Shown: one piece after another, positions 30,722 through 41,811 of the stretch
Layout: each line of letters starts with the position of its first letter
Position numbering within the stretch: position 1 is the first letter of the stretch
Assembly (NCBI GenBank): GCA_963665115.1
Contig: OY762007.1
Span: forward strand, 3,840,001 to 3,904,000
Length of the DNA stretch: 64,000 bases
Direction: 5' to 3'
Origin: an uncultured Rivularia sp.
GTDB lineage: Bacteria; Cyanobacteriota; Cyanobacteriia; Cyanobacteriales; Nostocaceae
Notes under the pieces: generated by a model
Databases searched by the model: none
Told to the model about the DNA's origin: nothing
Seen by the model: the letters and a program-made list of their open reading frames with translations, nothing else
Translations under genes and position numbers: made by a program

Positions 30722-33418
30722 ATGAGAATCCTCAAGATCCAAACTTTACGCGGCCCAAACTACTGGAGCATTCGACGCCACAAGTTAATCGTCATGCGCC
30801 TCGATTTAGAAAACCTCGCTGAAACGCCTTCTAATGAAATCCCCGGTTTCTATGAAGGATTGGTCGAAGCATTACCTTCTTTGGAAGGTCATTACTGCTC
30901 CCCAGGCTGTCGTGGTGGTTTTCTGATGCGGGTGCGAGAAGGCACTATGATGGGTCACATTGCCGAACACGTGGCGCTAGAGCTTCAGGAATTAGCCGGA
31001 ATGCAAGCGGGCTTCGGTCGCACCCGCGAAACTGCGACTCCGGGAATTTATCAGGTAGTTTTCGAGTATTTAAATGAGGAAGCTGGACGGTATGCTGCAA
31101 GAGCTGCTGTACGGCTTTGTCAAAGTATTGTGGATAGAGGTCGCTATCCCCAGGCTGAATTAGAACAAGATTTACAAGATATTAAAGACCATTGGCGCGA
31201 TGCTTCTTTAGGGCCTTCTACTGAATCAATTGTCAATGAAGCCAAAAAAAGAGGTATCCCCTGGATGCCTTTGAGTGCAAGGTTTTTGATTCAACTCGGT
31301 TACGGAGCGCAGCAAAAGCGGATTCAAGCTACTATGACGGCTAATACCGGCATTTTAGGTGTAGAACTTGCTTGCGATAAAGAAGCTACTAAGCGCGTTC
31401 TCGAATCTTGTGGTGTACCCGTACCCAAAGGTACTGTAATTAATTTCTTCGACGATTTAGAAGATGCAGTTGATTATATTGGTGGCTATCCCATTGTCAT
31501 AAAACCCCTTGATGGCAACCACGGACGCGGTATTACTATTGATATCAGAAGTTGGGAAGAAGCTGAAGCGGCTTATGATGCTGCAAGGGCTGTTTCTCGC
31601 TCGGTAATTGTTGAGAAATACTACCTCGGACGCGACCATCGTGTATTAGTAGTCGATGGAAAACTTGTTGCAGTTTCCGAACGAGTACCGGCTCATGTGG
31701 TTGGTAACGGTAGGTCAACTATTGCCGATTTGGTTGAACAAACCAACAAAGACCCTAATCGCGGTGACGGGCATGATAATGTTCTGACTCGGATAATTTT
31801 AGACCGTAATAGCTATGCTTTGATGGAAAGGCAGGGTTTTACCCTTGATAGCATTTTAAATAAAAATGAAATTTGTTATTTACGAGCAACGGCGAATTTA
31901 TCCACGGGTGGTATTGCTGTAGACCGTACCGATGAAATTCATCCCCAAAATGTTTGGTTAGCTCAGCGAATAGTTAAAATAATTGGATTGGATATCGCCG
32001 GAATTGATATCGTTACTACCGATATTAGTCGTCCTTTAAGAGAAACCGATGCCGTAGTTGTAGAAGTAAATGCAGCGCCGGGATTCCGGATGCACGTTGC
32101 TCCCTCTCAAGGGATTGCCCGCAATGTTGCTGGGGCTGTAATAGATATGCTGTTCCCTGCCGATAAAACGACTCGCGTCCCCATTCTCAGCGTTACCGGC
32201 ACCAACGGTAAAACAACTACTACTAGATTACTTGCCCATATTTTCAAGCAGACTAATAAAGTCATTGGATATACAACTACAGATGGAACCTATATCGGAG
32301 AATACTTAGTAGAATCTGGAGATAACACCGGACCGCAAAGCGCTCAGTTGATATTGCAAGATCCGACGGTAGAAGTTGCCGTGTTAGAAACAGCACGGGG
32401 AGGTATTCTGCGTTCGGGATTAGCTTTTGAAGCATCGAATGTAGGTGTAGTGCTTAATGTTGCTGCCGACCATTTAGGATTGGGTGATATTGATACCATC
32501 GATCAGCTGTCACATTTGAAGAGTGTGGTTGCTGAAGCAGTTTATCCCGATGGCTATGCGGTATTAAATGCCGACGATGCAAGAGTTGCTGCAATGGCTG
32601 AAAGGACAAAGGCGAATATTGCTTACTTCACCATGAATCCGGAATCGGAATTAGTCAAAGGACATATTGAAAAAGGTGGAGTAGCGGCGATTTACGAAAA
32701 CGGCTTTTTGTCGATTTTTAAAGGGGATTGGACTCACCGTATAGAAAAAGTGGAGAATATTCCTTTGACAATGGGCGGGCGTGCCCCGTTTATGATTGCT
32801 AACGCTTTAGCGGCATCTTTAGCGGCTTTCGTGCAAAACGTTTCTATAGAAGAAATTCGGGCTGGTTTAAATACCTTCCGGGCTTCGGTGAATCAAACAC
32901 CGGGACGGATGAATTTATTTAATTTGGGTAAACATCACGCTTTAATCGATTATGCTCACAATCCAGCCTCCTACGAAGCATTAGGTGGATTCGTGCGTAA
33001 TTGGACATCTGGGCAGCGAGTTGGTGTAGTTGGTGGCCCTGGCGATCGCCGCGACGAAGATTTTGTAATGTTGGGTAAACTAGCTTCTGAAATCTTCGAC
33101 TGCATCATTATTAAGGAAGATGATGACACCAGAGGAAGAAAGCGGGGTTCTGCTGCCGAGTTAATTACTCAAGGTATTAGGGAAGTAAATCCGAACTGTT
33201 TGCATGAAACGGTTTTGGATGAAACTGAAGCCATTAATAAAGCTTTAGATTTAGCTACCGATGACAGTTTGGTGGTTATTTTACCAGAAAGCGTCAGTCG
33301 TGCCATTAAGTTAATTAAAGCTAGGGGTGTAATCGAGGAAGAATCCCCAAAGTTTGATAGCGCAACTCCAAAAGATAAAGAAGTCGGAGTTCCGTCTTCG
33401 GTGTTAAATTCCTTGTGA
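30722..33418 (+). CDS. cphA: Cyanophycin synthetase
   Basis: MRILKIQTLRGPNYWS, an ATP-grasp domain (KPLDGNHGRG) and a Mur-ligase-like domain (TGTNGKTTT, DYAHNP). Confidence 0.97.
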   Translation: MRILKIQTLRGPNYWSIRRHKLIVMRLDLENLAETPSNEIPGFYEGLVEALPSLEGHYCSPGCRGGFLMRVREGTMMGHIAEHVALELQELAGMQAGFGRTRETATPGIYQVVFEYLNEEAGRYAARAAVRLCQSIVDRGRYPQAELEQDLQDIKDHWRDASLGPSTESIVNEAKKRGIPWMPLSARFLIQLGYGAQQKRIQATMTANTGILGVELACDKEATKRVLESCGVPVPKGTVINFFDDLEDAVDYIGGYPIVIKPLDGNHGRGITIDIRSWEEAEAAYDAARAVSRSVIVEKYYLGRDHRVLVVDGKLVAVSERVPAHVVGNGRSTIADLVEQTNKDPNRGDGHDNVLTRIILDRNSYALMERQGFTLDSILNKNEICYLRATANLSTGGIAVDRTDEIHPQNVWLAQRIVKIIGLDIAGIDIVTTDISRPLRETDAVVVEVNAAPGFRMHVAPSQGIARNVAGAVIDMLFPADKTTRVPILSVTGTNGKTTTTRLLAHIFKQTNKVIGYTTTDGTYIGEYLVESGDNTGPQSAQLILQDPTVEVAVLETARGGILRSGLAFEASNVGVVLNVAADHLGLGDIDTIDQLSHLKSVVAEAVYPDGYAVLNADDARVAAMAERTKANIAYFTMNPESELVKGHIEKGGVAAIYENGFLSIFKGDWTHRIEKVENIPLTMGGRAPFMIANALAASLAAFVQNVSIEEIRAGLNTFRASVNQTPGRMNLFNLGKHHALIDYAHNPASYEALGGFVRNWTSGQRVGVVGGPGDRRDEDFVMLGKLASEIFDCIIIKEDDDTRGRKRGSAAELITQGIREVNPNCLHETVLDETEAINKALDLATDDSLVVILPESVSRAIKLIKARGVIEEESPKFDSATPKDKEVGVPSSVLNSL

Positions 33419-33491
33419 AGGGAAGATGAGTAAAGAGTTATAGATTGCGTTTAACGGCTTTAATTTATAACTTTTTACCCATCACACACAT

Positions 33492-33677
33492 TTATCGATA
33501 TTCTTGCTCGTTTTCATTTTCATTCTCCGAATCATCGTCATTATTTTTAAGTTCTTCCTTAAAGCCCCGGAGAGTTTTTCCCAAAGCGCTTCCTAACTCG
33601 GGAATTTTTTTTGGTCCAAAAATTAAAATTGCCACAACCCCAATCACAGCCATTTCCGGAAAACCCAATCCAAACAT
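33492..33677 (-). CDS. tatA: Twin-arginine translocase TatA/E
   Basis: MFGLGFPE...LIFGPKKIPELG.ALGKTLRGFK. Confidence 0.93.
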   Translation of the reverse strand: MFGLGFPEMAVIGVVAILIFGPKKIPELGSALGKTLRGFKEELKNNDDDSENENENEQEYR

Positions 33678-33739
33678 AGCGCCTCTTTAAATAAAAATTC
33701 TTATATATATAGTAGAGCGCAATTGTTTTAATTTTAAAT

Positions 33740-34690
33740 TTATGTGTGTAGTGAAATCCCAATTAATTGATGCTTTATCAAGAATTTTTTGATAGTGGTA
33801 TAAATTTGTTGTTTTTGTTGGTTGCTAAAACCACCGTGTGCGGCTCCTCTAACGCTGTAGAGTTGATTTGAAACGCCAACTTTATCAAGTTTTTCATGCA
33901 ATCTAACTGCATGAGCATAAGGAACAAAAGTATCTTTGTCACCATGTATAGTTAAAATTGGTGGTAAATCGGAACGAACATAATTGACTGGAGAAACCGT
34001 TTTCGCTAATTCAATTTCTGCATCGGTTATCTTATTTCCCAACCATTCGACTGCATAATACTTCTCGTTAGCGCCTGCAATCAAATCCGCAACATCTGTA
34101 ATTCCCGACCAATTTATAATAGCGGCAACTTGATTTTTTTTATTATCTAAATTATTACCGGGACATTGTTGATCAAATCCGGCTTCAGAAGACATGATTC
34201 CTGTAGTTAAAGACAAATGTCCCCCAGCAGAAAATCCAGTTGTAATAATTTTACTCGTATCAAAATTATATTTTTGTGCGTTGTTAATTACCCAAGCCAA
34301 AGCACAGCGAGAGTCTTCCACGGCGGCTGGAGCCAGAGCAGTACTTGCCAATCGATAATTGATATTTATTACAGAAAAACCCCAATTTAAATAAGGATCG
34401 AAAAAAGGTTTTAACCCTTCTTTTGATTGTTTTATCCAACCTCCTCCATGAATATTTATCAATATTGGGTGTAAACCGGGATTTTCGTTTTGATAAAGAT
34501 CGAGTTTTAATTGAGAGTTATTAACTTTGTGATAAACAATGTTGCGAGAAAGTTGATAATTTGCTTGATTACCTATTTTTGCAGATGTGCTACTGCTATT
34601 GTCGAAATATTTACCAGATACAATTGTTGCGATTAAGATTAAACCTATCGTAACGAATGGAAACAATCGAAAGAAGATTTTTTTCGACAT
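33740..34690 (-). CDS. Secreted or anchored alpha/beta esterase
   Basis: N-terminal hydrophobic helix, HGGGW, GFSAGG, HGDKD and HG motifs. Confidence 0.88.
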   Translation of the reverse strand: MSKKIFFRLFPFVTIGLILIATIVSGKYFDNSSSTSAKIGNQANYQLSRNIVYHKVNNSQLKLDLYQNENPGLHPILINIHGGGWIKQSKEGLKPFFDPYLNWGFSVININYRLASTALAPAAVEDSRCALAWVINNAQKYNFDTSKIITTGFSAGGHLSLTTGIMSSEAGFDQQCPGNNLDNKKNQVAAIINWSGITDVADLIAGANEKYYAVEWLGNKITDAEIELAKTVSPVNYVRSDLPPILTIHGDKDTFVPYAHAVRLHEKLDKVGVSNQLYSVRGAAHGGFSNQQKQQIYTTIKKFLIKHQLIGISLHT

Positions 34691-34869
34691 TTTATTTAAA
34701 TAGCTATTTTATAATTGATGGTTATAGGCGTACATAGTATACTAAAAATTTGAATTAAAAGCTTGAAATCCTCACTATACTTAAAAAAATTAGCGTTATC
34801 AATTAATTTTCGCCATAAAGAATTACTTTTATCCCTATTCCCTATTCCCTATTCCCTATTCCCTATTCC

Positions 34870-35424
34870 CTATTGATCAGATATAACTTCTTCTTGAGAC
34901 TCTAATTTTTTTTGAAGCTGCAAAACGTCATCTTCAATCATCTTATTAATTACAACATCGGCAATAATATTTGCACCATGTTGAGTAAAGTGTATTCCAT
35001 CTCTAGTTCTAACCTGCCTTTTCTTGCCCGATTTATTGGCAACTACGGCGTTAAATTTACCGTTGTTAGCAAACACATCCCAAGAGTCAATAAATTCGAT
35101 TTTTGGGTAAGACTTGGCTACTTGTTGATAGATTTTGTTGAAAATAGGAAAAAATTTATTATATCTTGGTAAATTAGACATTGGATGACCAACCCAATAA
35201 ACTTTTTTTACAGAAGATTCTTGGATTAATTTAGCATATCTTTGCACGCGCTCTTGATAGGCTTTTTCCCATTCCGGTGTTAATTCGCCTCTATAAACGC
35301 CATTTTTATCTAAAATATCTTGATCGTCATTACCACCAAAAATCACCACCATTACTTCTGGATTATATTTCGAGATGATTTGTGGAGTTCTTTTATACCA
35401 GTCATAGAAATCAATTCGATTTAA
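34870..35424 (-). pseudogene. 5'-truncated DUF459-like SGNH hydrolase
   Basis: In-frame LNRIDFYDW...GGND...DGIHF. The N-terminal GDS block and a proper start are missing. Confidence 0.65.
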
Positions 35425-35796
35425 TTTGCAAGAATTTTATAGCATTATTGTAATTAGCTGGATTAAAAAAGATCCAACATATCGTTATAAAAGTAAAAGT
35501 AATTGTTCTCGATAAAAATAATGGAATATAAAATTTTAACCAAAATTATAAATGCTTAAAAATATTTTTACCTAAAGTGTCTTCCCTTCTAATAAAAGTA
35601 ATAGCATGAGTCTTGTGTTTTCGTTTTTCGGCTTTTGTTGTCAATTGAATCTGTTTAGAAACATCTTTCAAAATATATACATGATCTGCCTAATTGATAC
35701 GCACAAAAATCTGATATTTATTATTTTTAAAGAGAATAAAAATACAGGTGTAGAAATTTAATTTGCTCAGCAATTTTATTCAGAATCTCAAAACAA

Positions 35797-37302
35797 CTAC
35801 TCCAAAGTAACGGGCAAATTCAACCAGTCACTCAACTCCGAAGCCAACCATTTAAGTTCGGATTCATTGGCGATCGCACCACCATCTTGAAGTTTATATT
35901 TGCGTACACCAGTACTAATAACTAATTGAGCAAAAACTTCTGTTTTTTCACCGTCAGAGTTTTTGACAAAGTGTCTGGGAATATAAGTTAACTTATTAAC
36001 ATCTTTTTTATAAGATGAACCCGGACGTTGAAAACCAAACCCTAATATCTCGTAAAATTTAGTAATCCGCTCTTTACTCAAACACAATCGCACCTTTCCA
36101 AATAGTGAAAAGATGAAACTATAGGTTAAAAATAATCCAGATCCCCAAAAAGGTAGAGAAAGAGCGGCAAACAGTAAATTGATCGGAAAAGTGCTGCTAC
36201 TAAAAGCACCAATAGTCCATATAATGGTGAGTGCATTCCAAGCAGCCGCAAATAAACCCAAAAATATCAAAGATGGCTGAAAACCTATTGGTGGAATCAA
36301 TATTTCTAAATTATCTTCGTCTTTAGCAAGCGTAACTTTGCTTCCAGATGGTTTGGTAAGTTTGAGTGAATTAGATTTGAATTTGTGCTGAAATTGATTT
36401 ACTAATAAGTGCCGATCTTTGGAAATCCAGTTTTTACCATCCCAATACCAATCACCTTTAATAATTTGAGAAAATGAATTAGAAAAGTAATTTTTATTTA
36501 GTTTTAGCTGTTGTATAAATGCCTTTGCTTCCGAAGCAGATTTGATTCTAGTTTCTATTGGTTCGGTAGTAGCTCTCAACCACTGAGTAAATTCAGCACT
36601 CAAACTGGTTAAATCTTCAAACTGAATGCGTCCATCACGAATGGGTAAATCTGCCGGATGGCTACCCGTTACCAAATAAATTAAAGTTGCACCCAAACTG
36701 TAAATATCCGAAGCCGGTACCGTGCGATCGCCAAACTGTTCGAGGGGCATATATCCATAAGTTCCCACTACAGTACGGGTACCAAATTCTTGAACAACGG
36801 CGTTTTGTACCGAACCAAAATCAATTAAATAAACATCTCCAACATGATTTCCGGTTCTATCTGCCAACAAAATATTACTGGGTTTGATATCGCGATGAAT
36901 AACTGGTGGGGAAAGAGAATGTAGATAAACTAAGATATCTAAAAGCTTTGTAGCTATTTGCTTTACTTCTGATTCCGTAAAAATACGTCCAGATTTTATA
37001 TATTGTTCTAAAGTTTGTGTGGGGATATAAGTTTGTACTAAAGCAAATCCCTTCATGGGTGTTTCGACTTCAAAATAATCTATATAGCCCGGAATTGAGG
37101 GATGTGATAATTTTTTTAACGTCTGGGCTTCCCGCTCAAATAACTTAAGATCGTCCCATTCAAAATCGTCCTTAAAAGACAGGAACTTAACTACAACCAG
37201 TTCGAGGGAGTGTAAATCGCGAACCTTGAAAGTTCTTCGTCCAGCCTTCTTTCCTAATTGAGAAAGTACTTTATAGCGATTATTCAATATTTTACCAATC
37301 AT
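35797..37302 (-). CDS. Membrane Ser/Thr protein kinase
   Basis: HRDIKPSN, DFG, GTYGYMP and SDIYSLG, with two C-terminal TM helices. Confidence 0.93.
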   Translation of the reverse strand: MIGKILNNRYKVLSQLGKKAGRRTFKVRDLHSLELVVVKFLSFKDDFEWDDLKLFEREAQTLKKLSHPSIPGYIDYFEVETPMKGFALVQTYIPTQTLEQYIKSGRIFTESEVKQIATKLLDILVYLHSLSPPVIHRDIKPSNILLADRTGNHVGDVYLIDFGSVQNAVVQEFGTRTVVGTYGYMPLEQFGDRTVPASDIYSLGATLIYLVTGSHPADLPIRDGRIQFEDLTSLSAEFTQWLRATTEPIETRIKSASEAKAFIQQLKLNKNYFSNSFSQIIKGDWYWDGKNWISKDRHLLVNQFQHKFKSNSLKLTKPSGSKVTLAKDEDNLEILIPPIGFQPSLIFLGLFAAAWNALTIIWTIGAFSSSTFPINLLFAALSLPFWGSGLFLTYSFIFSLFGKVRLCLSKERITKFYEILGFGFQRPGSSYKKDVNKLTYIPRHFVKNSDGEKTEVFAQLVISTGVRKYKLQDGGAIANESELKWLASELSDWLNLPVTLE

Positions 37303-37416
37303 TTTGACGCACCCCGCCGAAGAATTAATATTTATTTTTATGCGCTATAGACGGCTGAAACAGTTTTAGGTTTTGCGACCTTAAACAAATAATTATATCT
37401 AACTAACATTATTATT

Positions 37417-38019
37417 ATGACTAATAAGCTGTGGCCTTATGTTACTCCAGGGATTCCAGATGAATTATTTGAGCGTTTACCAGGAATTCCCATGAGTAAG
37501 CGAGAAATCCGACTATTATTAATTTCCCAGCTACGATTGCAACCCAATGACGTACTATGGGATATTGGTGCGGGTACGGGTACTATCGCTATCGAAGTGG
37601 GATTATTATGTCCCCAAGGAAGGATTATCGCCGTTGAAAGAGATGAAGAAGTAGCCAACTTAATTCGTCATAACTGCGAGCGGTTTGAAGTCAAAAACGT
37701 AGAAGTGATTGAAGGTAGCGCTCCAGAATGCTTGCACCATATTCAAGATACACCTCAACGGGTTTGTATTGAAGGGGGTCGTCTTGTCGCAGAAATCTTA
37801 CAAGCAGTTTGGAAGTACTTGCCCTCAAACGGTCGAGTCGTAGCAACAGCTGCTAACCTAGAAAGTCTGTATGCTGTTTCCCAAAGCTTCGCGACTTTAC
37901 AAGCAAGAAACGTTGAAGTTGTTCAATCTGCCGTGAATCGCCTGGAAACGCGGGGCTTTAACCGAACCTTCAAAGCCGTAGACCCCATTTTTATTCTCAG
38001 CGGCGAAAAGTTGGACTGA
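37417..38019 (+). CDS. cbiT: Precorrin-6B C15-methyltransferase (decarboxylating)
   Basis: GIPDELF...PMSKREIR and WDIGAGTG. Confidence 0.92.
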   Translation: MTNKLWPYVTPGIPDELFERLPGIPMSKREIRLLLISQLRLQPNDVLWDIGAGTGTIAIEVGLLCPQGRIIAVERDEEVANLIRHNCERFEVKNVEVIEGSAPECLHHIQDTPQRVCIEGGRLVAEILQAVWKYLPSNGRVVATAANLESLYAVSQSFATLQARNVEVVQSAVNRLETRGFNRTFKAVDPIFILSGEKLD

Positions 38020-38167
38020 CGGGGGATGGGGAGACAAGGGGACAAGGGGACAAGGGGAAGAATAACTAACTCACTACTTACTAATCTTTACTCCTAACTC
38101 CTAACTATTTCCAATCCCCAATTCCCAATGCTCAATCTAAAATATAAAATCTAAAATCCAAAATTCT

Positions 38168-39052
38168 ATGTCTTTGTCTCGGATTCTAAGTGGAATTATT
38201 GCGATCGCCTTAGCTTTGGGTGGCACTCTTTTGGGAGGATGGTATTTTACTTTTTTCTATGTAATCATCATCTTTCTAGGGCAACGAGAATATTTTAATT
38301 TAGTACGAGCCAAAGGTATAGCTCCGGCAGGTAAAATTACAATGGTTGTCAGTCAAGTTTTGCTGGCAATTTGTACCTTCGATAGCAACTTAGCTGATGC
38401 AGTAATGCCATTAGCTGGAACATTTATTTGTTTTTACCTGCTATTTCAGCCGAAAATGGCATCTATCGCCGATATTTCCGCTTCAATTCTCGGCTTGTTC
38501 TACACCGGATATTTGCCCAGCTATTGGGTGCGATTGCGAGCAATTGATACTGCTGGCTTCAGCAATTTACCCTTGGGAGGTTACTTCCCACCTTCGATTA
38601 CAGCATTTATAGGTAGAGACAACTTTTCAGCTTTACCTTTAGGATTGGGTGCCACTTTACTGACTTTTATGTGTATATGGGCAGCCGATATTGGCGCTTA
38701 TTTTGTTGGCAAATATTTTGGTAAAACACCTCTATCGGGTATAAGCCCAAAGAAAACCGTAGAGGGAGCAATTTTTGGGATTACTGCAAGTATTGCTGTC
38801 GGAATTGCAGTTGCTTACTACATCAATTTACCAGATTTTTATCTTACAGGAGCCGCACTAGGTTCGCTAATTGGTATAGCCAGTCTTTTAGGTGACTTAA
38901 CCGAATCCATGCTCAAACGCGATGCAGGAGTAAAAGATTCCGGAGATATAATACCCGGGCACGGAGGAATTTTAGACCGTACCGACAGTTATATTTTTAC
39001 CGCACCGTTGGTTTATTACTTTATCACTCTGTTGTTGCCATTGCTTAATTGA
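38168..39052 (+). CDS. cdsA: Phosphatidate cytidylyltransferase
   Basis: SPKKTVEG, GDLTESMLKR and KDSG..IPGHGGILDRTDS. Confidence 0.96.
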   Translation: MSLSRILSGIIAIALALGGTLLGGWYFTFFYVIIIFLGQREYFNLVRAKGIAPAGKITMVVSQVLLAICTFDSNLADAVMPLAGTFICFYLLFQPKMASIADISASILGLFYTGYLPSYWVRLRAIDTAGFSNLPLGGYFPPSITAFIGRDNFSALPLGLGATLLTFMCIWAADIGAYFVGKYFGKTPLSGISPKKTVEGAIFGITASIAVGIAVAYYINLPDFYLTGAALGSLIGIASLLGDLTESMLKRDAGVKDSGDIIPGHGGILDRTDSYIFTAPLVYYFITLLLPLLN

Positions 39053-39266
39053 AGAGACAAGGAGGCAAGGAGATGGGGAGAGAGCTAAGCAATTAGGAGT
39101 TATAAAACATCCGTAGTGGGAGCATCTTGCTCCCTTTTTCTTTTAAACCCTCAATCCCCCAATACCCAATCCCCAATTCCCCCATACCCAATCCCCAATT
39201 CCCAACAAAATAAAATATCGTTAAAAATAAATAATTTTTCACGCCATATAATCCACTGCTCGCTTA

Positions 39267-39959
39267 TCATGGATTTACATTAATCATTCCTCGACAAATA
39301 ATTTTTCCAGGGATCAATTGTAGGTCTTGAATTTCTACGTCTGGTCCCAAGTCAAGATATTCGCCATCGCTATTTTCAAGCAGGGTTTTTGTATTGCTTG
39401 TAACAAAAATGGGTGCGATGCGTAACTCGTGGGGGCTGAGTAAGTTTAATCCTATACAAATATCTAAAGGTTCATAATTATTGTCCTTATGGATGGTGAC
39501 GCTTATTACAAGACAATTGTCTTTAATTTGCACCTGTTGCCAACTATTTGATTTGGAATTTGGTCGCAATTCTGGTAAAAGTTTAATCAGAATATCATTT
39601 AAAGCAGTTGATAATAATGTACTAGACAAAGAAGCTGATAAGTCTTCTTCAAGTTGACTCAATTCGCCAAAAACTGGTACTTTTTCTAACAATCGTAGCT
39701 GTTGTCCTTTGAGAACAGAACCGATATTAATGCGAATATTTTTTGCAACTAAATCAACAAACGATAAATGCAGACCTTGATAAACAGCACTTTTAGCAAC
39801 AATTGATACACTGGGTATGCATCCAGAAATAAGCTGGCGATCGCCAGCCTGAATATCAAGTTGAAGTTGCTCTAGATCGCTGACTTGTGTTCTTAACCAC
39901 AATTTAATTGCTTTGGCCAGGACATTTGTAATTAATCTAAATTTATTTTTTTTTAGCAT
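39267..39959 (-). CDS. DUF2993 / LmeA-like phospholipid-binding protein
   Basis: AIKLWLRTQV...AVYQGL...LKGQQLRLLE pattern. ATG at 39959. Confidence 0.75.
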   Translation of the reverse strand: MLKKNKFRLITNVLAKAIKLWLRTQVSDLEQLQLDIQAGDRQLISGCIPSVSIVAKSAVYQGLHLSFVDLVAKNIRINIGSVLKGQQLRLLEKVPVFGELSQLEEDLSASLSSTLLSTALNDILIKLLPELRPNSKSNSWQQVQIKDNCLVISVTIHKDNNYEPLDICIGLNLLSPHELRIAPIFVTSNTKTLLENSDGEYLDLGPDVEIQDLQLIPGKIICRGMINVNP

Positions 39960-40105
39960 TTGAGAGTTATAAATGTAGTGGGGGTAAGTGCAAAGCAACA
40001 AGCAAAGAAATAAATACTAACTGTATCAAAACAGCTTTTCATTTACAAAACATCAATACTATATTCTTACTTAGATATGAACTGATGGGATATCAGTAAA
40101 AATAC

Positions 40106-40891
40106 ATGGGGGTTCGGTTACAAAAAATTATTTCACAATGGGGTATTGCCTCACGTCGTCAAGCAGAAGAATTGATTAAGCTTGAGCGGGTAAGGGTAAA
40201 TGGTGTATTGGCGCACTTAGGGCAGAAAGTAAATCCTGAAACGGACACTATTACCGTTGATGGGAAAAACATTTCTGAAAACAAGCGTCCGACTTCTATT
40301 TATTTGTTAATTAATAAACCACCAGGGGTCGTTTCTACCTGTTACGATCCTCACGCAAGACCAACAGTATTAGATTTGTTACCAGAAGACTTACGTTCTG
40401 GTAAGGGCATTCACCCAGTTGGTCGTTTAGATGCAGACTCTACGGGAGCATTGATATTAACAAATGATGGGGATCTGACATTTAAGCTGACACATCCCCG
40501 CCATAACATCAAGAAGACTTATCGCGTTTTGGTTAAAGGGCATCCACCAGAAGAAATGCTACAGATGTGGCGGAAGGGTGTTTTTTTAGACAAAAGAAAA
40601 ACGCGAGCGGCAATTGTGCGGTTAGTAGAAAGAACAGCCCGAGAAAGCTGTTTAGAAATAGTTCTCAAGGAAGGAAGAAACCGCCAAATTCGCCGTGTAG
40701 CCGAACAACTCGGTTATCCGGTAATTCAGCTGCATCGTACCGCGATTGGTTCTATAAAACTAGAATTACCTAAAAAAGAATCCAAAAAAGAATATTTATC
40801 ATCAGGTAGTTTTCGCTACCTAACAGAGGATGAAATTCTCTATTTGAACAAACAGTTGCAGGAAATTCCTATTAATGATTCAGCTGGCTGA
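40106..40891 (+). CDS. rRNA pseudouridine synthase (RsuA/RluB family)
   Basis: S4 domain, VGRLDADSTG and EGRNRQIRR. Confidence 0.93.
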   Translation: MGVRLQKIISQWGIASRRQAEELIKLERVRVNGVLAHLGQKVNPETDTITVDGKNISENKRPTSIYLLINKPPGVVSTCYDPHARPTVLDLLPEDLRSGKGIHPVGRLDADSTGALILTNDGDLTFKLTHPRHNIKKTYRVLVKGHPPEEMLQMWRKGVFLDKRKTRAAIVRLVERTARESCLEIVLKEGRNRQIRRVAEQLGYPVIQLHRTAIGSIKLELPKKESKKEYLSSGSFRYLTEDEILYLNKQLQEIPINDSAG

Positions 40892-40907
40892 AGGAGCGCA
40901 GAAAAAG

Positions 40908-41702
40908 ATGAAGTGGTTTAAAAGGAAGGATGTAGAAAAAGTAACTCCCACAACTTCTATAGAAGAACAAAGAGCCGAGAAGTTGGCACAAATGGGGGCA
41001 CAACTAAAAGCTACACGCGAACAGCATGGCTTTACGGTGGAAGACGTGGTTTCCTACACCAAAATTCCCCGACGACAGGTAGTAGGTATAGAAGAAGGTA
41101 ACTTTGAACATTTACCAGAACCAGTTTACATTCAGGGTTTAATCAGACAGTATGCCCATGCAATAGGCTACAACGGAGCCGAATTTGCCAGTACATTTCC
41201 TATAGGTACGAGCAGAGTAGTTCTCAAACCAGTTTGGAAAAATCCTTCATTCTTTAAACTGCGTCCCATTCATTTTTATTTATTATATGTACTGTTAACT
41301 GCGGGTTCTGTGAGTGGTTTATCAGCTTGGTTGAATGGTTCAACAATCATTGGCAGCGAGAATAAACCTGCTGTGAAGTCAAATAATATTGCCTCTGAAA
41401 AGAAACCTAATCCAAGCAAACCACAATCAGAAATTCAAACTAACAGCTTTTCTCAAAATCAAAAAGAAGTTCAAGTTGGAGTCACTTTAAAAGAATCATC
41501 TTGGATTCAGGTAATAGCCGATGGTAAAACCACTTTCGAGGGAACCTTAGAAGAAGGAAGCAAACGTACCTGGACAGCACACAAGGAACTTACTGTCAAG
41601 GCAGGAAACGCTGGAGGAGTTTTAGTCAGCGTCAATCAACAAGAAGCCAAAAAAATGGGTCAACCTGGAAAAGTTGAACAGCTTCGAGTAGCTTTGAATT
41701 AA
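40908..41702 (+). CDS. rodZ: RodZ-like protein (HTH, TM helix, DUF4115)
   Basis: LPEPVYIQGLIRQYA HTH, a TM helix, and SWIQVIADG...AGNAGGV. Confidence 0.8.
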   Translation: MKWFKRKDVEKVTPTTSIEEQRAEKLAQMGAQLKATREQHGFTVEDVVSYTKIPRRQVVGIEEGNFEHLPEPVYIQGLIRQYAHAIGYNGAEFASTFPIGTSRVVLKPVWKNPSFFKLRPIHFYLLYVLLTAGSVSGLSAWLNGSTIIGSENKPAVKSNNIASEKKPNPSKPQSEIQTNSFSQNQKEVQVGVTLKESSWIQVIADGKTTFEGTLEEGSKRTWTAHKELTVKAGNAGGVLVSVNQQEAKKMGQPGKVEQLRVALN

Positions 41703-41811
41703 GTTAGGAGTTAGGAGTTAGGAATTAGGAGTTAGGAGTTAACAGTTATGAACTAGTAATTCTACCCCCTCTTCCCACTCTTCCCCCTCTTCCCCCTCTC
41801 TCCCCATCTTC

